64,000 nucleotides of DNA, taken from positions 1 through 64,000 of the IMG/VR virus record IMGVR_UViG_3300023174_004816. The stretch is one strand, 5' to 3'. Of this stretch, positions 37,534 through 46,535 are shown piece by piece. Position numbers and translations under genes: made by a program. This stretch comes from a virus (Duplodnaviria > Heunggongvirae > Uroviricota > Caudoviricetes). How positions within the stretch are numbered: position 1 is the stretch's first letter; each line of letters starts with the position of its first letter. The notes under the pieces were generated by a model. The model saw nothing but the letters and a program-made list of their open reading frames with translations. It was not told the origin of the DNA and made no database searches.

Positions 37534-38781
37534 ATGGAGGATACAATGAATATAGGTTTTATTGGTTTAGGTAAACTGGGATTGGACTGCGCAGAAGTCT
37601 TTGCTGAACGTTACTCAGTTTACGGATATGATATATATCCACGCTACAGCGAATCTGTAAAAGTTTGCACCAACGTTGAGGAAGTGATTGATCACAGCGA
37701 TTGGTTGTTTATTGCTGTGCCCACACCACACGCTGAAGGCTATGATGGCAGTGTACCAAGCTCGCACATGGAGCCCCGAGACTTTGGGCATGACGCTGTA
37801 AAAGAGGCCATTGGGTATATCAATACCTATGCCAAAGAACCCAAACGTGTTGTGCTAATTTCCACGGTACTGCCAGGCACCACACGCAGACATTTTGCTA
37901 CCTTGCTGGACAATCGTCATCAGTTCCTTTATAACCCGTATCTTATTGCCATGGGGTCAGTGAAGTGGGACATGGCCAATCCAGAAATGGTCATGATTGG
38001 CACAGAAACAGGCGATCCGTCAGAGATGCGTGATCTCATTGATCTATATCGTCCGCTGATGAAAAACAACCCACGCTATGTCACAGGCACCTGGGATGAG
38101 TGCGAAGCCATCAAGATTTTCTACAACACATTCATCAGTGCCAAGGTTGGTCTTGTGAACATGATCCAGGACTTTGCGTTGAAAATTGGCAACATCAATG
38201 TAGACGTTGTAACAGATGCTCTGGCACAATCAACCATGCGCATCATGGGTCCAAAATACATGACCGCAGGCATGGGCGATGCAGGTGCTTGCCACCCCAG
38301 AGATAACATTGCCCTGCGTTGGCTGGCCGAAGAGTATGACATTGGCTACGACTTGTTTGATACCATTATGGCAGCTCGCGAAGTGCAGGCAAAAAATATG
38401 GCACTGTTTCTGGTTGAACAAGCTCGCAAACGCAATCTACCCATAGTTGTTCATGGCAAAGCCTACAAACCAGATGTGCCTTACTGTATTGGCAGTTACT
38501 CTACATTGATTGGATACTATATCAATGAAGCTGGATTCTCGGTGAGCTATTTAGATCCTCTAGCCGATGATGACACTGATGTGATACAATCAGTCAAAGG
38601 CGCTTGTATTTTGTTAATGGCGCACAATAGACAGATCACTTATGGATATACCGGTGATGTACGTGATGATACTTTCTATGCTCCTATTGAAGCTGGATCA
38701 GTGATCGTTGATCCTTGGCGTAAACTAAATGACATGGCGGGCTACGAAATTATCCACTATGGCAACACAAGAAAATCCTAA
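37534..38781 (+). CDS. UDP-glucose/GDP-mannose dehydrogenase-family protein
   Basis: N-terminal Rossmann IGFIGLGKLG, catalytic-Cys region GDAGACHPRD (cf. GGSCFPKD), C-terminal GKAYKPDV (cf. AFKPNTDD). Confidence 0.55.
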   Translation: MEDTMNIGFIGLGKLGLDCAEVFAERYSVYGYDIYPRYSESVKVCTNVEEVIDHSDWLFIAVPTPHAEGYDGSVPSSHMEPRDFGHDAVKEAIGYINTYAKEPKRVVLISTVLPGTTRRHFATLLDNRHQFLYNPYLIAMGSVKWDMANPEMVMIGTETGDPSEMRDLIDLYRPLMKNNPRYVTGTWDECEAIKIFYNTFISAKVGLVNMIQDFALKIGNINVDVVTDALAQSTMRIMGPKYMTAGMGDAGACHPRDNIALRWLAEEYDIGYDLFDTIMAAREVQAKNMALFLVEQARKRNLPIVVHGKAYKPDVPYCIGSYSTLIGYYINEAGFSVSYLDPLADDDTDVIQSVKGACILLMAHNRQITYGYTGDVRDDTFYAPIEAGSVIVDPWRKLNDMAGYEIIHYGNTRKS

Positions 38782-39298
38782 GCGTTGGACAAAGACCTGG
38801 ATTGAACCTTGGTGGGTCAGTCATGGGTCTTTGCCTTATGTCAATGAACCTTTCAATGATTTAGAGAGTCTGACATTGTGGAGAGAACTGGGTTACACAC
38901 AAACCAAGTTCACTGGTGACATGTATGACATGCGTAATCCTGAGCCAGGGTGGATCAATCCTTTTCGCCGGGTATTTCCCTGGCAACACTTCTCGTGGTC
39001 AGTGTACAAAATGACACCAGGGTGTGTGTTACCTAACCACGCTGACACCTATGCTCGCTTCAAACGTCTTTATAACATTGCCGATGATGACAGTATATAC
39101 CGAGCAGTGGTACTGTTGGAAGATTGGCAAAGCGGACATTATTTTGAAATAGATGGTTGCGCTCAAACTAATTGGATCGCTGGTGATACGTTTATTTGGC
39201 AGAGTGATGTCAAACACCTGGCTGCCAATGTGGGCATGACCGATAGATATACATTACAAATAACTGGAGTTCCTGTTGAAAATCCATTCCTTCAATGA
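38759..39298 (+). CDS. hypothetical cupin-like protein
   Basis: 180-aa ORF overlapping the dehydrogenase end; beta-rich; assignment tentative. Confidence 0.3.
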   Translation: MATQENPKRWTKTWIEPWWVSHGSLPYVNEPFNDLESLTLWRELGYTQTKFTGDMYDMRNPEPGWINPFRRVFPWQHFSWSVYKMTPGCVLPNHADTYARFKRLYNIADDDSIYRAVVLLEDWQSGHYFEIDGCAQTNWIAGDTFIWQSDVKHLAANVGMTDRYTLQITGVPVENPFLQ

Positions 39299-40196
39299 GT
39301 GGGATCCACTGAAGAGCATTATAGTTGGCAGTGCCCGACACGCCAACTGGCCCACCAACGATCCTGTGTTTGCACTGGAAAGTGAAAAAACGCTGTGGAA
39401 AGAAACACCCGTGCCTGGTGGTCCTGTGCCTGGGTGGATCATTGACGAAGCTGAAGCAGAACTTGATGATCTTGCTGTTAAACTAACACAACTGGGAGTC
39501 GAAGTGCATCGTCCAACAGAGATGGACTTTGTGGCACTGAACGGTATGTACAACTACTGCCCTAGAGACAGATTGTTGGTTGCCGGAACTACCATAGTTG
39601 ATCCTGCCATGATGTATCCCTGCAGAGACATGGAACTGTCGGCCTACTACGATGTGGTTGACGCCGCAGAGCACTATCTGCACATGCCTCGCAACGAAGG
39701 CATGACCTTGGATGCTGCCAATGTTTGTAGACTCAATGACACTTGGTTGTATCTGGAAAGTGCATCGGGCAATCGAGCTGCCTATGATTGGCTCTGCAAG
39801 CAGTTTCCCAACATCACGATAGAACTCTGTAATTTTTACGCTGGTGTGCATATTGACTCTACCATAGTTCCGCTACGTGAAGGTTTGGTCTTGGTCAATG
39901 CGGCTCGTGTTACATCAGAAACATTGCCCCAGGCATTCCGGGACTGGGAAGTGCTGTACGTGGATACAGTGGTGGAACAGGGCTTTTATCAGTACCCGTA
40001 TGCTTCCAAGTGGATTGCGTTAAATATGTTAGTGGTTAATCCTACTACAGTAATCATGGATGCAGATCAAGCCGAACTGCGCTATGCATTGGAAACTCGT
40101 GGATTTGAAGTAATACCACACAAATTAAGCCATAGTCGTACCCTGGGAGGAGGATTCCATTGTGTGACTTTGGATCTATGGAGAGAACATGCTTGA
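39276..40196 (+). CDS. amidinotransferase (StrB1/inosamine-phosphate amidinotransferase/GATM family)
   Basis: FNEWDPLKSIIVG N-terminus, YCPRD, VHIDSTIVPLREGLVLVN, and C-terminal catalytic-Cys motif SHSRTLGGGFHCVTLD collinear with StrB1. Confidence 0.8.
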   Translation: MKIHSFNEWDPLKSIIVGSARHANWPTNDPVFALESEKTLWKETPVPGGPVPGWIIDEAEAELDDLAVKLTQLGVEVHRPTEMDFVALNGMYNYCPRDRLLVAGTTIVDPAMMYPCRDMELSAYYDVVDAAEHYLHMPRNEGMTLDAANVCRLNDTWLYLESASGNRAAYDWLCKQFPNITIELCNFYAGVHIDSTIVPLREGLVLVNAARVTSETLPQAFRDWEVLYVDTVVEQGFYQYPYASKWIALNMLVVNPTTVIMDADQAELRYALETRGFEVIPHKLSHSRTLGGGFHCVTLDLWREHA

Positions 40197-41484
40197 CGCA
40201 AATTTAGTCGCACAAATGGTAGAACAAGAAATACGTTCTGCTGTGAACCAACAGGTACAACAAGCTGTGAGCCAAACTGCTTGGCTTGAAGAACTTGAAA
40301 ACCAAATCATTGAATTTGTACAGGCTCGTATATACGCAAGATTCAGTAGCATTGGCACAGTGCCAGATCTAGTTGATGCTGTGGAGAAAAGTGTTGGGCG
40401 TATGTTTGAACAGGGATTTGTTCCTGACCTCAACGCCTATGTTGACCAGGAACGCATACGTCAAACTGTGGACTTGGCCATTGAACGATTCATTGAGCAT
40501 ACAATTGATTCCTTGAGCATTGATCCTGTGTGGGTCACAAAGATAGAAAATCTCATTGCACAGCGCACCGAAGATAGAATACGTGCTCGTCTAAGAGAAA
40601 TAGATCTCAATCAAGCAGTGGAATCTGCAATAGTACAAAACAAAGAAATCATTGCTCGAGAAATACGCAAAGATTTTCAATCAGCAGGCATAACTGATCT
40701 TGCCACAGCCAAACAACTCACTGTGATGGATGGTGTGGTTGTAGTCGAAGGTGAAACAGTCACTAGAGATCTTGTGGTAGAACGCGACACCACGCTCAAT
40801 GGATCGGTATTGATCAAGGGCAGTTTGGGTGTGCAGGGCAAAATTGCTGTGGACAATGAAACCTGGCAAGAACTCAGCGAGTATGTTGGCACAGTCACGT
40901 ACGATCGTATCAAACATGATTTTGCCAACGAGCTCATGAACACTGTGATTGAGTCCACCAAGGATGGCATAGACATCAGCAACATCACAGTCAATGGATC
41001 GCCCTTGGTTGCAGGCGATCGTCTCAGCCACGGCATAACAAAAAGCAATCTGTCATTGGTGGGCACACTGGAATCATTGGCAGTGAAAGGACAGACTAGT
41101 TTGCATGACACCATGCACGTGGTCAAAAACAGAGTGGGTATCAACACTGAAGATCCAGACAGTGCCCTGGCTATCTGGGATGAAGAAGTCAATGTCAGTG
41201 CAGGCAAACTCAGCAAAAATGTTGGCTTTGTGGGCACTGGTCGTAAACAAAACCTTGTGTTAGGTACCAACAGGCAAAATCACATAGAGATTGATGCAGA
41301 AGGTCTTACAACCATCCAACGATTGCGTGTTGGCCGTAACAATATCTCTTGGGCCACAGAAGTACCTAACTACAGTGGAACCAAAGGTGACATAGTGTTC
41401 AATCTCAATGTTGCTCCAGATGCTCCATTTGCCTGGTCCTGTCTTGGCGCATTTCGTTGGCAAGCATTGAAAGCCGCTAAATGA
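40189..41484 (+). CDS. hypothetical protein (coiled-coil N-terminus, beta-rich C-terminus; possibly structural)
   Basis: 431-aa ORF overlapping the previous stop. Confidence 0.4.
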   Translation: MLDANLVAQMVEQEIRSAVNQQVQQAVSQTAWLEELENQIIEFVQARIYARFSSIGTVPDLVDAVEKSVGRMFEQGFVPDLNAYVDQERIRQTVDLAIERFIEHTIDSLSIDPVWVTKIENLIAQRTEDRIRARLREIDLNQAVESAIVQNKEIIAREIRKDFQSAGITDLATAKQLTVMDGVVVVEGETVTRDLVVERDTTLNGSVLIKGSLGVQGKIAVDNETWQELSEYVGTVTYDRIKHDFANELMNTVIESTKDGIDISNITVNGSPLVAGDRLSHGITKSNLSLVGTLESLAVKGQTSLHDTMHVVKNRVGINTEDPDSALAIWDEEVNVSAGKLSKNVGFVGTGRKQNLVLGTNRQNHIEIDAEGLTTIQRLRVGRNNISWATEVPNYSGTKGDIVFNLNVAPDAPFAWSCLGAFRWQALKAAK

Positions 41485-42029
41485 GGACTTGTTGGATTGT
41501 TGCGGACGAGTTTGCCAGCACCCACATTGAACCAGAACAAATAAAAAAGATAGCACCTGTATGGGGATCCTGGCGCACCTGGCGGGCTTGGGGCACAGAC
41601 AATGTACTGTGTCATGATATGACCAAGGCACAGGAACTTGTGCAACGAGCTTTTCAAGCAGTTTGTAATTTTTACACCGCCAGCAAAAATTATGCCACTG
41701 TGGGTCGCCCTCAGAGAGTAAATCTCTACGAAGGCGACTTTCCTGGCGAATTGGATCATCCTGAAGAAATCATTGCCATGCATCTAGTGGCCGAAAACAA
41801 TGATTTGGTTTTGCTATTGGGCTACAATTTGTCCGAAATCACAGTCGAAGACAAATATCAACGTCATAAACAGCTGAATTACCAAAATGCCTTTCGTGCT
41901 ACCTTAAATACCTACCCAAATGTGCAGTTTGTCCTAATTGATCATCCAGATTCTTTGGCCAAAAGTTTCCAAAATATATCAAATATCACTTGCGATAAAT
42001 TTGAAAGCGTGTTACAATTACTTAATTGA
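41481..42029 (+). CDS. hypothetical protein
   Basis: 182-aa ORF, ATGA-type overlap. Confidence 0.4.
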   Translation: MRTCWIVADEFASTHIEPEQIKKIAPVWGSWRTWRAWGTDNVLCHDMTKAQELVQRAFQAVCNFYTASKNYATVGRPQRVNLYEGDFPGELDHPEEIIAMHLVAENNDLVLLLGYNLSEITVEDKYQRHKQLNYQNAFRATLNTYPNVQFVLIDHPDSLAKSFQNISNITCDKFESVLQLLN

Positions 42030-42048
42030 TAACTCCTTTTAGGCTCCA

Positions 42049-43074
42049 ATGACTGCTCGTATAGGCTTCTGTTGCAAATGGCTCAATGATCCGTCCGAAT
42101 GTGGCGGCATGAAAGTCAATGCCAAGGACCGTGATCTCAACGGTCGATCAACTACCATGCGTTGGCTACGCGAACACCGAGACGAAGCCGAACAACGTCA
42201 ATGGGATATCATGAATCACAATGCCGCGGCAGCTCTAAAAATGGTAGAACGTGTGGGTAGTTTACCAGAACATCTGCGCATGGTACGTCTGGGTTCCGAA
42301 ATGCTACAAGGGTACACTGAACCTTCATGGATTGATTGGTGGCAACAAGCAGATATCCAACGTCACCTAGAAAAGATTTTTGCCCCTGTGGGTGCCCGCG
42401 CCAGAGAGTTGGGAGTGCGACTGAGCTTTCATCCAGGACAGTTTTGTGTGCTGGCATCAGAAAATGATGGAATTGTGGAACGCAGTATTCTTGAATTTGA
42501 ATACCATGCAGACATGGCTCGTTGGATGGGCTATGGTAGTACCTGGCATGATCATGGATTTATGATCAACATACACCTGAGTGGACGAGGGGGCCCAGAA
42601 AAGTTTCTGCGCAGTCTTGACAAACTCTCTCCTGAGGCTAGAAACCTTATAACTATAGAAAACGACGAGATATCAAATGGCTTGGACATTACTCTTACTG
42701 TGGCTGATCGTGTGGCTCTTGTGTTGGACATTCATCACCATTGGGTCAACACCGGCGAATACATTGATCCCAAAGACAGTCGTGTTCAGCGTGTGGTTGA
42801 GTCTTGGCGTGACATTCGCCCTGGTATGCATTACAGTGTTAGTCGCGAAGATATTCTTGTTGATCATGATCCCCGAGTTCGCCCAGATCTTGCTGGACTT
42901 CTTGCACGAGGTTATAAAAAACAAAAGCTCCGGGCACATTCCGACTTCTATTGGAACTCAGCTGTGAATGAATGGGCTGGCGGTTTTACTGATCAGTTTG
43001 ACATTGAGTGCGAAGCCAAAGGTAAAAATCTAGCACGTGATGGCTTTGTTGAATCTATAAAAATACATGCTTGA
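42049..43074 (+). CDS. uvsE: UV damage endonuclease UvdE/UvsE family
   Basis: RIGFCCKWL (cf. RFGFVS), SFHPGQFCVLAS (cf. SFHPNQFT), INIHLSG, ITIENDE and VLDIHHHW (cf. VFDFHHF) are collinear with B. subtilis UvsE. Confidence 0.7.
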   Translation: MTARIGFCCKWLNDPSECGGMKVNAKDRDLNGRSTTMRWLREHRDEAEQRQWDIMNHNAAAALKMVERVGSLPEHLRMVRLGSEMLQGYTEPSWIDWWQQADIQRHLEKIFAPVGARARELGVRLSFHPGQFCVLASENDGIVERSILEFEYHADMARWMGYGSTWHDHGFMINIHLSGRGGPEKFLRSLDKLSPEARNLITIENDEISNGLDITLTVADRVALVLDIHHHWVNTGEYIDPKDSRVQRVVESWRDIRPGMHYSVSREDILVDHDPRVRPDLAGLLARGYKKQKLRAHSDFYWNSAVNEWAGGFTDQFDIECEAKGKNLARDGFVESIKIHA

Positions 43075-43357
43075 TATTTTTCAAAATACCTGGAAGTGGA
43101 TCTATGAAGATTACTCAAGTAATAGAATTCGTTTTTGTCTTGAGGTCCTTGCTTGGGCTATTAGCATTGGGTGTTCTGTCGTTATGGCATTCACCGTTCC
43201 AACACCACCTCTACTGGTTCTCTACCCTGTCTGGATACTGGGTTGTGCTATATATGCTTGGTGCGCTCTTAGTCGGGGTTCCTTTGGCATGCTGGCTAAT
43301 TACATACTGCTCACAACCATCGATGCCATTGGATTGATCAGGATGCTTGTTTCTTAG
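43067..43357 (+). CDS. small membrane protein (one of two overlapping same-strand ORFs)
   Basis: ATG within CATGCTTGA overlaps the uvdE stop; 3 hydrophobic segments. Confidence 0.3.
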   Translation: MLDIFQNTWKWIYEDYSSNRIRFCLEVLAWAISIGCSVVMAFTVPTPPLLVLYPVWILGCAIYAWCALSRGSFGMLANYILLTTIDAIGLIRMLVS

Positions 43358-43565
43358 CTCTGGTAGATTTGGCTCGAACAGCAGGTTTCTTTTCGCCAGC
43401 AGGCTTTTTGGCAGCTGGTTTTTTCTTGGCTGGAGCAATGGACTCAACTGCGGCCTGTGTGGCTTGGGTTGATACAGGCGTAGGTGCTTCAACTTTATAA
43501 GGTACTTCAGGGCAAGGCGAAACTGTGGGTTTGGAACCAAAAAACTTTTTCAAAAATGACAACAT
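43338..43565 (-). CDS. Lys/Ala/Pro-rich histone H1-like small basic protein
   Basis: C-terminal PAKKKPAAKKPAGEKKPAVRAKSTRAKKQAS; strong AAAGGAG-N7-ATG RBS on the minus strand. Confidence 0.55.
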   Translation of the reverse strand: MLSFLKKFFGSKPTVSPCPEVPYKVEAPTPVSTQATQAAVESIAPAKKKPAAKKPAGEKKPAVRAKSTRAKKQAS

Positions 43566-43630
43566 TTCTATCTCCTTTATTGGGTAATCTATTTAATCCT
43601 ACTCTATTAAAACACATTAAATATCGTGCA

Positions 43631-43900
43631 ATGTACAATACTTTCTTCAAACTTTTAACTCTTGAACTTTTCTTAAAGACTGTTGCTGAGCATCGAGCTG
43701 ATCTTTTAAACGACCTTAAAGATCATGGGTGCGATCCAGTGCGACGTATGCGTCGTATACGTATGTTGGCTCAGCTCTCGCAGTACGAAGCCGATATAAT
43801 CAAAAAAATTGATTCTTTTGAAACCGATGACTGCAAAGAATGGTTGGACTATTCTTTGCTAATGGACACAGTCATTGACATTACCAACAGATCAGCATGA
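43631..43900 (+). CDS. hypothetical protein (start uncertain)
   Basis: The ORF-track start 43484 would overlap the well-supported minus-strand gene; internal ATG 43631 chosen. Confidence 0.3.
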   Translation: MYNTFFKLLTLELFLKTVAEHRADLLNDLKDHGCDPVRRMRRIRMLAQLSQYEADIIKKIDSFETDDCKEWLDYSLLMDTVIDITNRSA

Positions 43901-45042
43901 ATACTGCGCTCTATGTTAACCCACTTTATTTTCATAAACTAGCAGAAATGAAAGGCTTGTCTGTGGAAAAGGCTGGATCTGTTCCGGTGCTGACGCAGGG
44001 CTTTGAGTCATATAAAAAACTAGTACGTATTAACTCTGTGTTTTCAAATGCTCCTCGAGGATTCCCATCCGACAGAACAGGGACAATCACACCGCCGATC
44101 AAATTTCATGTGCCGCGAGCCTGGTCTCGACCCACTGAACCAATGACACTGGATCGGGCCATGCAGATGAGGGTCGAAGAAATAGAGTCAAAAAGACAAC
44201 GCATCAATGTAATGTGGTCCGGGGGAATAGATTCCACTGCTGTGGTCAATGCTTTTTTGTTGCACCTCAAAGATCCCAAACAACTACGTGTGATATATTC
44301 TCCCTACTCAGAATATGAACACAGACACTATCTACAATATCTCAAGGATCGCGGCGTTGAAACAGTAGACATGAGTGGCACTGTGTATCTTGACAGTTAT
44401 TTTGATGGTATATTTGTCACAGGGTTTGGTGGCGACGAATCTCATGCCAGTTTAGACGAAAGTTTTTTGTTGGAGTACGGTCATGAAGTTTTGAATCGTC
44501 CTTGGAAAGAGTTTTTCTGGAAGAAAACGCAAGACGATGATTTTATGGATTTCTGCGAAATGTATTTTAATCTAGCAGGTCGGGAAATCAAAACTGTGTT
44601 GGAAGCTCGTTGGTGGTTCTATATCAACAGCAAGATGCACATACTTTTACAAATGCAAAATATTTTTTGGTCTGACTATCCAAACTACAGCAAAGATCTT
44701 GTGCTGGGATTTTATGACTGTGACCCTTACGAACAGTATGTGACTTGCAATGAAATTGTTGCTTCAAAGGACTACAGCTCCTGGAAACAAAATCTCAAAG
44801 ATTATTGTTTCAGAGCTGACGGGCTGGAAGATTGGCACAAAAACAAAACCAAGGTTATTAGTTCACAAATCAACTACTATACCAATAAAAAAATTGCATT
44901 AAAAAATCTGCATTGTATTTTTATTCTAGACAACGGTAAACGTATTGCCACTCCAGGACTTCCTTTGTTCTCAAAACTAGAATACAACAAATACCACGGA
45001 ACTACCCTGGATTATCTTTGGAATGAGCCTGAACAAGTTTAA
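43897..45042 (+). CDS. PP-loop ATP pyrophosphatase family protein (asparagine synthetase/QueC/TilS-like)
   Basis: VMWSGGIDSTAVV is the SGGxDS PP-loop; 381 aa. Confidence 0.6.
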   Translation: MNTALYVNPLYFHKLAEMKGLSVEKAGSVPVLTQGFESYKKLVRINSVFSNAPRGFPSDRTGTITPPIKFHVPRAWSRPTEPMTLDRAMQMRVEEIESKRQRINVMWSGGIDSTAVVNAFLLHLKDPKQLRVIYSPYSEYEHRHYLQYLKDRGVETVDMSGTVYLDSYFDGIFVTGFGGDESHASLDESFLLEYGHEVLNRPWKEFFWKKTQDDDFMDFCEMYFNLAGREIKTVLEARWWFYINSKMHILLQMQNIFWSDYPNYSKDLVLGFYDCDPYEQYVTCNEIVASKDYSSWKQNLKDYCFRADGLEDWHKNKTKVISSQINYYTNKKIALKNLHCIFILDNGKRIATPGLPLFSKLEYNKYHGTTLDYLWNEPEQV

Positions 45043-46018
45043 TGCTCCCTGGCACCCGTTGAAACAAACCTGGGTTGGGGCAACTTATGCCCCAGAATTT
45101 TATCAACCTATTCGAGATCACAGAGTAAGAGAATCACTGCAACAAATAGCAAGAGAAACAGAAGAAGATTATCAAGGCCTTGTTGAGACATTGACTGCAT
45201 TGGGTGTGACAGTAAAGAGGCCAGAGATTGATCAGTCAAAGACCATAATGGACTACGTGGACCAACAAGGTCAATTAAAGTTCAGTAACTCTCATAGTTA
45301 TACTTTGATACCCAGACCTCCCATGCAACCGCGTGACAGTTTGTTGATTGTGGGCGAAGAGATGATAGCCACACAGCAAGAAGCTCAATGGTTTTACACT
45401 GACTGTGAACAAGCACCTTACAGTTTTGATGCGCCCATGGTCACAGTGATTGGTAATCATCTGATTGCTGACAGTAGAGACTATCCTTGGTTGCCCAGCT
45501 ATCTCAATGATAGATTTCCTGATCGCAAAGTTGTTCCTGTGGCAATAGGCGGACACAATGATGCTGTGTTTTGTCCTGTGCGACCTGGACTAATAGTCAG
45601 CAGTTATCATCACGACAACTACACCAATACCTTTCCTGGGTGGGAAGTCAAGTATATAGAAAATCAAAGTTGGAACGCCATTCCACAGTGGAGAAAATTC
45701 AAACATTCAAACGTGGACAAATGGTGGGTGCCTGACAGCAACAACAATCCTGAGTTTTCAAACTTTGTAGACACTTGGTTAAGTAACTGGTTGGGCTATG
45801 TCAAAGAAACAGTGTTTGACGTCAACATGTTGCAGATAGATGAAAGCACAGTGTTGGTCAATAACTACAATCGTGAAATGTTTGATTTTTTTAAATTAAA
45901 ACGCATTGAACCAGTGATAGCTACCTTCCGGCACAGATTTTTCTGGGATGGGGGCATCCATTGCGTCACTGGTGATACCTATAGAGAAGGAGAAGCTGAT
46001 GACTTCATTGCAGTCTGA
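45023..46018 (+). CDS. amidinotransferase-superfamily protein (second copy, divergent)
   Basis: C-terminal FWDGGIHCVTGDTYRE (GG-x-HC-x-T catalytic Cys motif); N-terminus PWHPLKQTWVG analogous to NEWDPLKSIIVG. Confidence 0.5.
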   Translation: MSLNKFNAPWHPLKQTWVGATYAPEFYQPIRDHRVRESLQQIARETEEDYQGLVETLTALGVTVKRPEIDQSKTIMDYVDQQGQLKFSNSHSYTLIPRPPMQPRDSLLIVGEEMIATQQEAQWFYTDCEQAPYSFDAPMVTVIGNHLIADSRDYPWLPSYLNDRFPDRKVVPVAIGGHNDAVFCPVRPGLIVSSYHHDNYTNTFPGWEVKYIENQSWNAIPQWRKFKHSNVDKWWVPDSNNNPEFSNFVDTWLSNWLGYVKETVFDVNMLQIDESTVLVNNYNREMFDFFKLKRIEPVIATFRHRFFWDGGIHCVTGDTYREGEADDFIAV

Positions 46019-46535
46019 CCCAGATAATATTTTGTTGGGTAAAATACCCTACATTCCCACATGGCCGTTGAACATACATATTCGTCCAGTGTTGCTCAAA
46101 GATTATAAAGTTTGTGATATTGTGGAAGCGTGGGACTATCATGATCTTGATGATTATCGAAAGATTTGGATCACGGTTGAACACAATAACAAAGCTATTG
46201 TAAAAGAAAAACTTGAAGAACCTGTTTTTTACAAAATTGACATAAGAGATGACGAACCCAGCGATCATTCTTTAACTGTGTTTATACACGACAAGACCGA
46301 TGATCACAGTTGTTTTGACGGCGAAACATCAATAACAGTTGCAGTTGAAATAAAAATTGAAATAGATGATATTCCAACCAATCTTCTCAATCCTGTATTT
46401 TTTAAAACAATTCCTCTTTTAATCGGTGAAAACGAAAAACAATACACAGCTCAATTCCAAACTCCAATTTTTCGTTATATGATCGAAAACTGGGGTAGCG
46501 TGGTCTACAAAGATCTTAAAGATATAAGTAACTGA
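45999..46535 (+). CDS. hypothetical protein
   Basis: AGAAGGAGAAGCTG-ATG RBS; the ORF track starts at 45948. Confidence 0.4.
   Translation: MTSLQSDPDNILLGKIPYIPTWPLNIHIRPVLLKDYKVCDIVEAWDYHDLDDYRKIWITVEHNNKAIVKEKLEEPVFYKIDIRDDEPSDHSLTVFIHDKTDDHSCFDGETSITVAVEIKIEIDDIPTNLLNPVFFKTIPLLIGENEKQYTAQFQTPIFRYMIENWGSVVYKDLKDISN

Noticed and set aside
40677-41270. 197-aa and 116-aa minus-strand ORFs inside the 40189-41484 gene
   Set aside because: They are antisense shadow ORFs within a long + strand gene, with no RBS and no conserved motif.
43071-43337. Second overlapping + strand ORF in a different frame from 43067-43357
   Set aside because: Two same-strand ORFs cannot both be read across the same nucleotides, so at most one is real. 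The one with the ATG coupled to the uvdE stop was kept, at low confidence.
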